Origin: Ascoidea asiatica JCM 7603
Taxonomy: Eukaryota > Fungi > Ascomycota
NCBI GenBank assembly: GCA_001600695.1
Contig: BCKQ01000004.1
Span: forward strand, 145,608-209,607
DNA length: 64,000 nt
Reading direction: 5' to 3'
Part shown: one piece after another, positions 10,117-21,277 of the stretch
Position numbering within the stretch: the stretch's first letter is position 1
Layout: each line of letters starts with the position of its first letter
The notes under the pieces: generated by a model
Told to the model about the DNA's origin: nothing
What the model saw: the letters and a program-made list of their open reading frames with translations, nothing else
Database searches by the model: none
Translations under genes and position numbers: made by a program

Positions 10117-12210
10117 ATGTTCAAGTGTTTAATAAAAGAAACTGCTGCCTTATTGTTTCTTAAAGGAAATGGTCCAGCGTATACTCAAAGATTAAATTTA
10201 ATTTCTCATCCAATTATTTTAAATTCTACTATTACAAATATTAGATTTAAATCATCAAACTCTAATATCTCAAAATCATCTCAAGGGAATTCCAATATTA
10301 TTGAAAATCAAAGACAAATATCTATTCCATCTTTTATATCCGTGGCTAATTTGGCAAATTTATTAAATGTTAGATTAGAACATTTGATTAAAAAATTAAA
10401 GCAGCTTGGTTTCACTGAAAGTCAGGCAAGATACAATTATATCCTAGATAAAGAAACATCAGAATTAATTGCAGATGATTATGGATTCTCTACTATTGAA
10501 TCTTCTGAAAATGGTTCAGGCTCAAACTTAAAACCAAAAGCAAATATAGAGATTGTCAACTCAAGTCTATTAAAGCCTAGACCTCCAATTGTTACAATTA
10601 TGGGACATGTTGATCATGGTAAAACAACAATTCTTGATTATTTAAGAAAATCTTCCATTGTGGAGAAAGAATTTGGTGGAATAACTCAACATATTGGTGC
10701 CTTTTCGGTAAAAGCACCTAAATCTGGAAAAATGATAACTTTTCTTGATACTCCAGGTCATGCAGCTTTTTTAAAAATGAGAGAAAGAGGTGCAAATATA
10801 ACTGATATTGCAATTTTAGTTGTTGCTGCAAATGATTCTGTAATGCCACAAACTAAAGAAGCTATAAAACATTGTAAAAATGCTGGTGCTAGTATAATAG
10901 TAGCTATAAATAAATGTGATAGATCTGATGCAAATCCTGAAAAAGTAATTCAAGATTTGGCTTCAGCTGATGTCGACGTTGAAGATTATGGTGGAGATAC
11001 TCAAGTCGTTAAAGTATCTGGGTTGACTGGATTAAACATGGATAAATTAGAAGAGGCTATTATTGTATTGGCAGAAACGATGGACTTGAAAGCTGAATTT
11101 AGTGGTGTTCCAACAGAAGCTAATGTTATAGAATCTCAAGTTAAAAAAGGGCTAGGAAGTGTTGCTACTGTAGTTGTCACGCGTGGTACTTTGAAAAAGG
11201 GGTCTTTTATAGCCGCAGGCCCAACCTGGTGTAAAATCAAAACATTGAGAAATGAATTTGGAAAATCAGTAAAATTTGCAACTCCATCCATGCCTGTAGA
11301 AATAACTGGTTGGAAGGAATTACCTGAGGCTGGTGATCATTGCATTGAAACAAAAACTGAATCTTTGGCTAAAGATATGGCTCATAAAAAGTTACTTATA
11401 AAAGAAATATCTAAAGAGCAGAAAGTTATTCAAGAAACCAATGAAAAAATATTTAATGAAATGAAAGAAGCTGAGGCCTTAAAAGCAAAAGAGAAGAATA
11501 TTGAACGTCTCAAAAAGTTAGGCTTAGATCAAGCATTACTTAGTGAAGAACTAAAAGAAAAAGAAGAAATTAAAGCAAAGATAATATCTTTTATTGTTAA
11601 AGCTGATGTGAGTGGTTCTCAGGAAGCAGTAACCGAAAGTATCTCCGGTTTAGGAAATGAAGAAGTTAAGTCTGCGGTGTTGTATAGCGAAGTTGGGCCA
11701 CCAAATGAAACTGATTTAGATAGAGCTCAAACTTCTGGATCCCAAATACTTTGTTTTAATGTGCCTATACCTAAAAATATATACAACCAGGCTTATAAAA
11801 TGGGTGTGAAACTAATTGAACATAATGTTATATATCATCTTATTGAAGATGTTACAAAAACATTATCGTCCCATTTGAAACCTGTTTTAGAAACAAAAGT
11901 TACCGCGGCTGCAACAGTAATAAATATATTCTCAATTACTGTTAAAAAGAATAAAACTAAAAAATCTGTAAAGGTTGCTGGCTGTAAAGTTGAAAATGGT
12001 ATAATCAAAAGAAACTCACCTATTAGAGTGCGAAGAGGAGAAGAAATATTATTTAAAGGTACATTAAACACCTTGAAGCATATGAAGGATGATACTGAAG
12101 AAGTCCGTAAAGGTAATGACTGTGGTTTATCTATAAGAGATTGGGATGAATTCAAAGAAGGAGATATTATAGAAGTTTACGAAGATAAAGAAATTCCCAG
12201 ATTTCTTTAA
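10117..12210 (+). CDS. IFM1: Mitochondrial translation initiation factor IF-2
   Basis: RPPIVTIMGHVDHGKTT, GGITQHIGAF, DTPGHAAF, KADVSGSQEA; presequence-like N-terminus; first ATG at 10117. Confidence 0.95.
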   Translation: MFKCLIKETAALLFLKGNGPAYTQRLNLISHPIILNSTITNIRFKSSNSNISKSSQGNSNIIENQRQISIPSFISVANLANLLNVRLEHLIKKLKQLGFTESQARYNYILDKETSELIADDYGFSTIESSENGSGSNLKPKANIEIVNSSLLKPRPPIVTIMGHVDHGKTTILDYLRKSSIVEKEFGGITQHIGAFSVKAPKSGKMITFLDTPGHAAFLKMRERGANITDIAILVVAANDSVMPQTKEAIKHCKNAGASIIVAINKCDRSDANPEKVIQDLASADVDVEDYGGDTQVVKVSGLTGLNMDKLEEAIIVLAETMDLKAEFSGVPTEANVIESQVKKGLGSVATVVVTRGTLKKGSFIAAGPTWCKIKTLRNEFGKSVKFATPSMPVEITGWKELPEAGDHCIETKTESLAKDMAHKKLLIKEISKEQKVIQETNEKIFNEMKEAEALKAKEKNIERLKKLGLDQALLSEELKEKEEIKAKIISFIVKADVSGSQEAVTESISGLGNEEVKSAVLYSEVGPPNETDLDRAQTSGSQILCFNVPIPKNIYNQAYKMGVKLIEHNVIYHLIEDVTKTLSSHLKPVLETKVTAAATVINIFSITVKKNKTKKSVKVAGCKVENGIIKRNSPIRVRRGEEILFKGTLNTLKHMKDDTEEVRKGNDCGLSIRDWDEFKEGDIIEVYEDKEIPRFL

Positions 12211-12722
12211 TTGTTGATTTGATTTTGTTTGTAGATAATGTAAATAGTAATTTTTCTGTAAATATAAAATTGCATATGGAGAAGTTTTTAAATCCTCCTG
12301 AAACTAATTTTGTATAAAAACAAGACTGAAATTCAAAATTATATTTAAATAATGTACAATAAATTATAAAAAAAAGAAATAAAATGCGTTTCAATTTTGT
12401 AGAAAAGTTTATGAAGTTTAAAATTTTGATCGCAGTGAATAACTATTTTATTTTGAGTTTTTACCATAGACTTATTAATACTGCGAAAAATCACAAAATA
12501 TTTTAGAAATTTATATCCAAATCATGTTTTTTAATTTTCCATTAATAAACAAATCCCTTAATAATAACAAATTAGGGGACAAGAAAAACAAAAACAAAAA
12601 TCTCCTAGACTTTCAATATAATCATCACTTAAAAGAGTATTTGAAGCTAATTATCTCTTTTGAAGTATTGCTGAAAATCTTTCTTATAAATTTCAAAAAA
12701 AATTAGTAGAAATATAAGAAAA

Positions 12723-15119
12723 TTAATTATCCTTTGAGTTTATATTATCGGGAACATATGGAGAAATGATAGGCTGTTCTACATTAACGCTGTGATTAGG
12801 ATCACACCCTGGACCTTTTTGAGGTGAATTTAACATAGAATCATTGTTGGAGATATTGTTAACAGTGTAATAATTCTGAGAAGGAGGTGTACCCGTAGAA
12901 GTTTCATGGGATCTACTTCTACTTCTTATTCTTTTCTTAAACCAATTTTCTTTTTTAGGGCTGAAATTTACATCCAGATAAGATTTTTCTTGATCAGTTA
13001 CTGAACTCCATCTAGAATTTCTAGTATCTGAAGAATCTTGTTCAGATGAACTTGGTGTTTGAGCACTTGACGAGTCTTTGGATTTAGTTAAACCTAAAAG
13101 AGATAAATGTTTGAATATAGGAGATCTAGATGAAGTTGATAAATTTGTTTCCGGCTGTACTGCTTTTTCCTTAGAATTATTATGTGTTGAAACCATTTTG
13201 GTATTTGGAATTACAATTGAATTAGTATTTTGTTCACTATAAGGTATATTAGAATCATCTTCATCTTCATTATTTGAAAATAGATCATCATCGATATCTA
13301 GATGAGCAAGTTCTACACCAGAATCATATTTTTCATTATTTGAATCTAAATCCTTTTTATCGATTACCGATATTTTTCTATTAACACCTCCTCTTATAAT
13401 ATCAGATTGTGCAACAGAAGATAAACTTTTACTATGGGGTCTTCTTTTAATTTGGCACGTTTTGTTAGTAAATATCTGATAATCTTGAGCAGCAGTGCTT
13501 GATTTCACTTTATTAGGAATATCTTTATTGGTTTCTTCATTTTTTCCTAAATCCATAGGTAAGGTTTTACTAGATTTAAGCTCTTTTGAGGAAAAATCTA
13601 TATTATTATTTGATTTCAAATTAATTGAATTTACTTCAGCATTAGATATTGCAAATTGTTTAGCTTGAGGGAGTAATTTATAAGAATATTCAATTAAAAA
13701 TTCAACAACAGCTTGTGATAAAGCATATTCGCCAGGAATCAGATCATGTTTTGGGTGAGATAAAATTGAAGGTTGAAAAACTGCAGCTAAATTTCTTGCA
13801 GGCATTAAATTATTTTCTGAATGAGCATCAAATATTGCCAATAAATCTAAAATATAAAATAATAATTGTTTTTGTAAAATTGGTAATTCATTTACAAGAT
13901 TTTGATAATCAATCAGAGCATTTTCAATCTCCCTTATTAATTTTTTACGTTTTCTTATTTTTTTTTTCAATTTTTGCTCATCAGAAATAATATTTTGATT
14001 ATTTTGATTATTTACAGTATTTTCAGTAATCTGAGATATATCATTTGATTTTTTAGATAAATCAATTTTTTGATCTAAATTATTTGAGTTAGAAGATAAA
14101 TTTAAATTTAAATTTTGAAAAGAATTTGTATAATCTAAAGGTTTAATTTCAGTATCATTTTTCAATGGATCACTAATACTTATATTACGATTATGAGTTG
14201 TATTTTTATTATTAATAGTATTAGAAGTTGAATTTGAAGTTGAATTTGAGTTTAAATTTAAATTTAAATTTAATTGAGAATTTATTGTAATCATTTTTGG
14301 TTTTTCAACTCTATATTTGAAATATTTTAAAATTTGAGGTCTTGAAAATAATGGATAACGAAATTTTTCATACATATCTAATGGAATTAAAGGTTCAGGT
14401 AAAGCATTTAAGTATCTTCTTAATAAAGAAGCAGAATCATGAACAGTAAAACCATTCCAATTTAATTTTTTACCATAATCTGGAGGAGAACTAAAAATTA
14501 TTTGTAAATTTTTAACTCTTTTTGAAGAACCACCTAGTCTATATATACCTTCAATATCTAAACCATTCAGTTTTAAATAATTTCCACATTTTGCAACAAC
14601 TACAGGAATTTTACCATATTCTAATAATTTATTTGGATCATTACTTGCAACAGAAATTTTAGCTGAAGCAATTTTTAAAGAATCAATTAAAGGTACAGCA
14701 AAAATTAAATTAATAATTTGATCATCATCATCATTATTATTTTGATTGATACTATTATAATTATTATTATAATTATATATGCTTAAATTTGAATTTTTAC
14801 TTTTATTTGAATTTAAATTCTTAAAATTAGATTTATTTTGATTATTAGTAGAATTAATATTTGATTGAGAAGATAAAAAAGAAATTCTTTGAGATTTGAA
14901 TTTATCATTAATTGATTGAGATAATAAAGAAGGATCATTTGATTTAAATGGTCTAATATTATTTGAGGATCTTGAAGGATAAGAAAGTTTTGGTCTTATT
15001 AAAGAATTATGAACTAAATTATCTTTATTATCATCATTTTTATCATCATCAGCGCTAGTCATTTTTTTAAGAGAAGGCCACCATGAATGCCTAGGAGTTG
15101 GATCAGTACCAGTACCCAT
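12723..15119 (-). CDS. SAC7: Sac7/Bag7-type Rho GTPase-activating protein
   Basis: YGKIPVVVAKCG.YLK.NGL..EGIYR, PPDYGKK, NLMPARNLAAVFQPSILSHP. Confidence 0.88.
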   Translation of the reverse strand: MGTGTDPTPRHSWWPSLKKMTSADDDKNDDNKDNLVHNSLIRPKLSYPSRSSNNIRPFKSNDPSLLSQSINDKFKSQRISFLSSQSNINSTNNQNKSNFKNLNSNKSKNSNLSIYNYNNNYNSINQNNNDDDDQIINLIFAVPLIDSLKIASAKISVASNDPNKLLEYGKIPVVVAKCGNYLKLNGLDIEGIYRLGGSSKRVKNLQIIFSSPPDYGKKLNWNGFTVHDSASLLRRYLNALPEPLIPLDMYEKFRYPLFSRPQILKYFKYRVEKPKMITINSQLNLNLNLNSNSTSNSTSNTINNKNTTHNRNISISDPLKNDTEIKPLDYTNSFQNLNLNLSSNSNNLDQKIDLSKKSNDISQITENTVNNQNNQNIISDEQKLKKKIRKRKKLIREIENALIDYQNLVNELPILQKQLLFYILDLLAIFDAHSENNLMPARNLAAVFQPSILSHPKHDLIPGEYALSQAVVEFLIEYSYKLLPQAKQFAISNAEVNSINLKSNNNIDFSSKELKSSKTLPMDLGKNEETNKDIPNKVKSSTAAQDYQIFTNKTCQIKRRPHSKSLSSVAQSDIIRGGVNRKISVIDKKDLDSNNEKYDSGVELAHLDIDDDLFSNNEDEDDSNIPYSEQNTNSIVIPNTKMVSTHNNSKEKAVQPETNLSTSSRSPIFKHLSLLGLTKSKDSSSAQTPSSSEQDSSDTRNSRWSSVTDQEKSYLDVNFSPKKENWFKKRIRSRSRSHETSTGTPPSQNYYTVNNISNNDSMLNSPQKGPGCDPNHSVNVEQPIISPYVPDNINSKDN

Positions 15120-15557
15120 TTATTATTTTATTATTTTATTATTATATTATTATAGTTTTAAATTGTTTGTTATTATTGTTGTTTATTATGTTTTTATTAA
15201 GGTTTTTATAAATTAAGAAAAAAGATGAGATTTCATAAGATGATAAAAATTATAAGTAAATAATATATTAAAGTTTATTAAGAGATATATTGAGGAGTGT
15301 TAGAATAATAACTGATTATAAATTATTATAAAAGTTAGAACAATTAAAATTAGATTTAAATTTGTACTTAAATTTGAATTTAGATTAAACTTGAATTTAG
15401 TGTTCAATTTAAATCTAGATTTTACTTAGAATTAGATTTGGACTTAGATTCAAAGTGATATATATATGATTATTATTATGCTTATGCTTATTTGTATTTT
15501 TATTCGTATTTTTATTTGTATATATGCTTAGTCAACGATTAATTGATTGAATGTTTT

Positions 15558-15560
<3 letters not shown>

Positions 15561-15592
<32 letters not shown>

Positions 15593-15607
15593 ATTTGATT
15601 GATTGAT
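15561..15607. repeat. (GATT)n microsatellite upstream of SAC7
   Basis: 8 perfect GATT units, one interruption, then further units. Confidence 0.95.
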
Positions 15608-16636
15608 GCAAAGATTGCTAAAAGTTTAGCCAGAAGTATTTTATATTAAAGACCAAATACCGATTAGATATGAATTGTGTCAAATAGATAAGAAGTTAGA
15701 TAAGAGCTGATTTTGATCTTGATCTTGATTTTTGTCTGGATATTGATCTGGATCTTGGCCTTACAATTAACAAACTTGGTATTTAAAATAATATATTTAG
15801 AATATTATTTAGTATTTATGATTATATTTTTCTTGAAAATAGATGTGAATATACAGTAGTATCTCAATTATATTCGTGATTTGTCGTTGTCTGTATTGAT
15901 GGTGATATACTGCACTTCTAAGAAGGTTCAGATTCTGGAAATGGACTGGGCGTGTTTCTGGAAGGAGAAACAGGAAAAGCTCCAGCGCCAGACAAAACTC
16001 CCCCAGTCTGAGTCACCAGCCCCAAATGAACAAACCAACCCGTTCTCCAGCCAGTCGACTCCGCACTGTTCAGAGGTTTACCGCAGATGTCCAGATTCTA
16101 GCTCAGACAAAACTGCAGCGCTATACACAGCCACAAACACCAGGTTTGGCAAGTCAGGATTACATCCTGGTTCTGCGGCGGTAGCTCTTGGATAGTCCTC
16201 CGGTGGATATTACTATTTTTATATATAATTCAGAATTACCATTCATTTGAGTGTGAAATTATCAATTAAATAAATCATGAAAAAAAAAATGCAGAAAATG
16301 CAGAAAATGTAAAAAATATATAAAGTTCTTATAATATAAAATATCTGAAATGGAAAAAAAAATTAATTTCTTTATTTAAAAAGACAAGTAATAATTTGAT
16401 AATCCACTTTTTCATATTTCCAAAAAAGGAAATCAAATGTAATTTTCCATGATTTTATAAATGTCAAGGCAAAACATTTATTTTTTGACTGATAAAATAT
16501 CAGGATTACATTTCTTTCTATCTTGAAGATTGCTATTCTAATATTATAACTAATATAATCCGTTATGTTTACAATATTATCCAGATATTGCAATCACTGA
16601 CAAATAAAATCAACTAACTAACTGAACTTTAATTGA

Positions 16637-16867
16637 TCATTTTTTAAAACTTAAATTCTTTAACTTCTTTCTATTATATTGCTTCTTTCTCCAACCACTA
16701 GTTTTGACAGTTTCAGTATTAATTTCTAAAATTTTATTTTCATCAATGAGATTTTCTGCTTTTTTTGAAAGCATTTCTGCTCTTTCATCATAATATTTCT
16801 GGAAAACAGTCTTTCTTTTTATAGACTTGGATTTCATTTTACTTTTTGAACGGATGGAGTGTGCCAT
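16637..16867 (-). CDS. Small basic DUF2423 / YBL028C-like ribosome-biogenesis protein
   Basis: MAHSIRSK..KSKSIKR..VFQK...ER and C-terminal TSGWR resemble YBL028C as recalled; divergent from RPL19 as in S. cerevisiae. Confidence 0.8.
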   Translation of the reverse strand: MAHSIRSKSKMKSKSIKRKTVFQKYYDERAEMLSKKAENLIDENKILEINTETVKTSGWRKKQYNRKKLKNLSFKK

Positions 16868-17619
16868 TTTTATAATACCCTTAATTTATACTATAGTTTG
16901 TTTAATGTATAAAATGCTGTAAAGACTATATTTAATATTATACTGGAGTTAATAGTTTTTCTTAACTATGATTATTGTGATATTATTAACACTGTCAATG
17001 TTTTCAATACAAAATGCCTTTGTGTTATTAGATTAGCTTTTTTCAGTAAAAACATGCACGTGCAAATTTATAGGGCTCTATTTGTTTTTATTAGTCCTTG
17101 CCCTTGGGTCATTCAGCAATAGGAGATGGGATCGATGTGTAATCAAGATGTAATCAAGAAATCTGCTCTCGAAACAAAAGCAGTGTGAATGGATTTTTCT
17201 GTGACTGCTGTTTCTATAAAGTACCTGGGTTTTCTTCTTCTTCCTCGTTTTCTTTTTTTTCCTGCTAATTCTGTAACATTCAGTGAAAGCCCTACCCGCT
17301 GCCTTCTCACTGCTACTGCCACTGCTGCTCTTATTACTACTGTCACCACTACTGCTAACCTTACTGCTCGTGCTCCAGTTCTAGTATTAACGCTATTGCC
17401 CTTACCGGTACAGTCCCATTTCTACCAGTTCTGCTACTATTATTATTCACTACCCACTAATTCCACTTTCAGAAAGCATTAAGCAGATTTCAAATATACT
17501 AATTTAATTTTATTTCAAGATTAAATATATTAAAAAATCTATCTTCTTAGAAAAAAACAAAACAAGAACCAAGAAAGTAGTAAAGATATAATCATTAAGG
17601 TCGTTATTCTCATAAAAAA

Positions 17620-18865
17620 ATGTAAGTTTAAAATATCTTGTCAATTAAATTAATTAATCGTTCATTTCAAATTCATCATCAAATTTATAATTAAATCCAT
17701 TGTCAAATATAATATCCATTATCTATATATTAATTATCAATATTTAACAAACAAAAATGTAATATAATAAGTAAAGTTATATGTTTACAAAGTAGTATAT
17801 TCAAAAATTTTTAAAAGAGAATATTTCATCTTTATTTTAAAGTAATAATATCCTATATATATTTATACATTATTTAGTATGCAAAAAGATTATCATAAAT
17901 CTAAATTTATTTCGAATCACACTTTCATTATAAATAAATTATTCACTTTAAAAAATTAATGGAATGTTAATATATAAAAAGAAAATACTTTTTTCTAAGT
18001 CTTGAAGAACATTTCATATATAATTTTTGAATTAATTCATTGTATATTATAATATAGTAATTTTGTTTTAAATTACTTTTCAGATGAAATAAAAACAATG
18101 TTCATAACTGGAATAATAACTATAAAATATGAAATACTTTCTAGAGTCTTTAAAATATATCGAATCATCTTTTTTTTAAAAAATTACAATTGAAAGTAAA
18201 ATGATGAAAGAGTAATTTACTTTTTTATTTTTAAACAAAAAAAAAATGAAAGCATTTAACTAACAATTTAATTTAATTTTATTTAATTTTATTTCTATTA
18301 TAGGGCTAATTTAAAAACTCAAAAAAGACTTGCTGCATCCGTTTTAGGTGTTGGAAAAAGAAAGATCTGGCTTGATCCTTCTGAAACTTCTGAAATTGCA
18401 GTTTCTGATTCTCGTCAAGCTATTAGAAAATTATATAAAAATGGTATTATTGTTAAAAAACCTGCAAGAATTCATTCAAGGGCAAGAGCTAGAGCTTTAG
18501 CTGATTCAAAACGTGCTGGTCGTCATACTGGTTATGGTAAAAGAAAAGGTACAAGAGAAGCTCGTATGCCAACCGAAGTTTTATGGATGAGAAGATTAAG
18601 AGTTTTACGTCGTTTATTAGCTAAATACAGAGCTGCTGGTAAAATCGATCGTCATTTATATCACTCTTTATATAAATTAGCAAAAGGTAATGCTTTCAAA
18701 CATAAACGTTCTTTAGTTGAACATATTATTCAAGCAAAAGCTGAATTTGCTCGTGAAAAAGCTTTAGAAGATGAAGCTGATGCAAGAAGATTAAGAAATA
18801 AAGCTGCTCGTGAAAGAAGACAACAACGTATCAGTGAAAAGAAAGAAGCTTTACTTAAAGATTAG
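17620..18865 (+). CDS. RPL19: 60S ribosomal protein L19 (eL19); exon 1 = AT (17620-17621), exon 2 = 18304-18865
   Basis: Spliced product begins [26 protein letters not shown] and contains [16 protein letters not shown]. Confidence 0.96.
17622..18303 (+). other. RPL19 intron (682 nt) splitting the start codon AT/G
   Basis: GTAAGT donor, AACTAAC branch (18258-18264), TAG acceptor (18301-18303). Confidence 0.92.
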
Positions 18866-19576
18866 TTCAATTAATTATTTGAATTCAATTTAATTATAAT
18901 TCTCTTATACTTAATTTTCAACTCAAATACAATTATCTGTTTTATTTATTCCTTCTGTTATATTTCAATGAATATCTATAATCATAACTCTGTTTGTTAA
19001 TCTATTCGTAAATCCTTTCGTAAATTTTTTCGTTTCATTTGATTTCCTTTGTTCTTCTATTTGAATTTAATTCATTTTTGAAACCTTTCGTTCTTATTTT
19101 ATTTCCACTCGATTAAATCCAATAACCTTCAAAGAGTCTTAACGAGTCGAAGGAAGCTGGCCACAGGTCTGTGACCAGTTCTGTGGTACTCCTCCAGCGC
19201 ATCGCCGTTGCCGTTGATGTGTTAACAATTCTCAAAAAGAAAACACCTTTGGGCTACCACTGAATAAAACATAAATAAAGATAATAATAATAATAATAGT
19301 AATAATGCTTAGTGGTATGAGAATGTGTGTATTTTTCACTCTTCCCTTTTAACTATGTGAAAATTGTGTTATTGCTTTTTTTAAAATTATAAATTTAATA
19401 TAAATACAGAAATAACTCTTCAATTGATTGATTACTTTAATATTGGTTTTTTTTCTTTCTCAATCAACGAATTTCATTAATTGGCTTTTTATTTTATAAA
19501 ACTCCTGTTTTTATTTTTTTTCCTTTTAATCTCTTTTGTAAAACTCAAATTCAAATTAAACTTATATATTTCAAAA

Positions 19577-20173
19577 ATGAGTACTTTTTTCGATCAAATG
19601 TCTAAAAACTTTACAGAAGTTGAGATTACTTCTGATAATAAAATTGATACAATTCAATTCCTAGAAGCTGTAGAATCTTTAGTTAAATTATTTGATTTAT
19701 TAGGTTCTTCTGCTTTTTCTGTTGTTCAAAATGATATGAATGGTAATGTTAAAAAAATTAAAGCATTTTTAGAGAAAAATCCTTTAAATGGTAAATATTT
19801 ACAAGATATTGTTCTTTTTGAAAAAAATACTAAAGATAAAACTGCTACTCAAGCTTTATTATGGTTATCAAGAGGTTTACAATTTACTGAAGTTGCTGTA
19901 AAAGAAACTTTTAATAGTCCAAATAAAGAAATGGCTGAAAGTTTTACAAAAGCTTATGGTGAAACTTTAATTAAATATCATAATATGTTTGTGAGACCTG
20001 TATTTAAATTAGCTATGAAAGCTTGTCCTTATAGAAAAGATTTTTTTTTGAAATTAGGTCCTGATCAAGCCAAAGTTGAAACTCAAGCAAAAGAATGGTT
20101 AGCAGCTTTAGAAAAAAATGTTAAAATAATTAATGATTTTTATGCTTCTGGTAACTATGGTAAAGGTTTATAG
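19577..20173 (+). CDS. Glycolipid transfer protein (GLTP/HET-C2 family)
   Basis: FLEA.ESLVKLFDLLGSSAFSVVQNDMNGNVKK, ATQALLWLSRGLQF, YHNMFVRPVFKLAMKACPYRKDF; ATG at 19577. Confidence 0.92.
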   Translation: MSTFFDQMSKNFTEVEITSDNKIDTIQFLEAVESLVKLFDLLGSSAFSVVQNDMNGNVKKIKAFLEKNPLNGKYLQDIVLFEKNTKDKTATQALLWLSRGLQFTEVAVKETFNSPNKEMAESFTKAYGETLIKYHNMFVRPVFKLAMKACPYRKDFFLKLGPDQAKVETQAKEWLAALEKNVKIINDFYASGNYGKGL

Positions 20174-21277
20174 TTTTTTTTTTTTGACCATCTTACTTCT
20201 TTAGTTCTTAAGTTGTTGTTTTTTTGTTCAAATTTTCTTTTTTTAAAAAAAAAATATAACATTGTAGAAACTTATTAAAATTGAACTTAATTTCAATTTT
20301 TTAATTCTTTAATTCTTCAATTCCTCAATTCCTCAATTCTTCATTTGTTTTCCTTTCAATTAAAAAATGTAATAAATCCTTTGAAACTATAAATTACAAA
20401 ACGGTTAGCCAATTCGCATTGTTTGTTTGTATTTTTTTTATATATAATTTACATTCAATTAATGAATTTTAAATTTTAAATAATTAATAAGAATACGAAT
20501 AAAAAATATTGAAAAAAAAAACAAATATAAAAACAATTAAAAATAGCCACTTAAAACAATATCAAAAAAAAAAGAGAGTAAAGAAAAACAGAAACAGTAA
20601 AAGAATAATTTAATTCATACAAAGACTAAATAAAAATTAAAAAAAAAGCAAAAAAAGTATGAATTAATTAAATAATAATATAAATTTCAAAACTAGAAAA
20701 AAGAATTAAATATGAACAATATTAAAAATGAAGATTAAAAGGAGAAGGATGAAATTTATTTCTTTTAGAAGAAAAATTCTGTAAAATGAATTTGATATTA
20801 AATGTAGAGAACTTAATAAGCTTGAATTTGAAGAGAACCACAATCAATGTTAATAATAATCTAATTTAATTAAGTTATTAAATTATTATACGGAGTTGAA
20901 AAAAATTAATAAGGAAAGATCTTTAATGAAAAAAAGATTATGTACTAAATATGATTTAAATGATATTTGTAATTAGGTCGGAGTTGTTAATAATTATGAT
21001 ATTGTGGACTCTTTTAAGCAAAATATAAGAGAATTAAAAAAAAAAAAATTGAAAAAAAAGAGAAACATATTAAAATATAAAACAAATATTATTAAATAAG
21101 TGAGTAGGAGATTTTTGTCCACAAACTTCCTCCAAATACAAATCAACAATCACCAAATCAATAAATAGTATACATGTAAAACTAATAAAAATTAATAATT
21201 AAGACAGGATTGAGAATTGAAATCAACTTTATGAGTCAACCAGCTAATAAAAAAAAATGAAATTGAACAAGTTAATT

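Noticed and set aside
15881-16195. 104-aa ORF and similar short ORFs in GC islands (25071, 25205, 27305, 30378, 37004, 46864)
   Set aside because: Mostly non-ATG starts, no recognisable domains, codon usage unlike host genes; expected in GC-rich patches
18201-18260. ATGATGA C-box in the RPL19 intron as a snoRNA
   Set aside because: No CTGA D-box before the branch site and no recognisable rRNA guide
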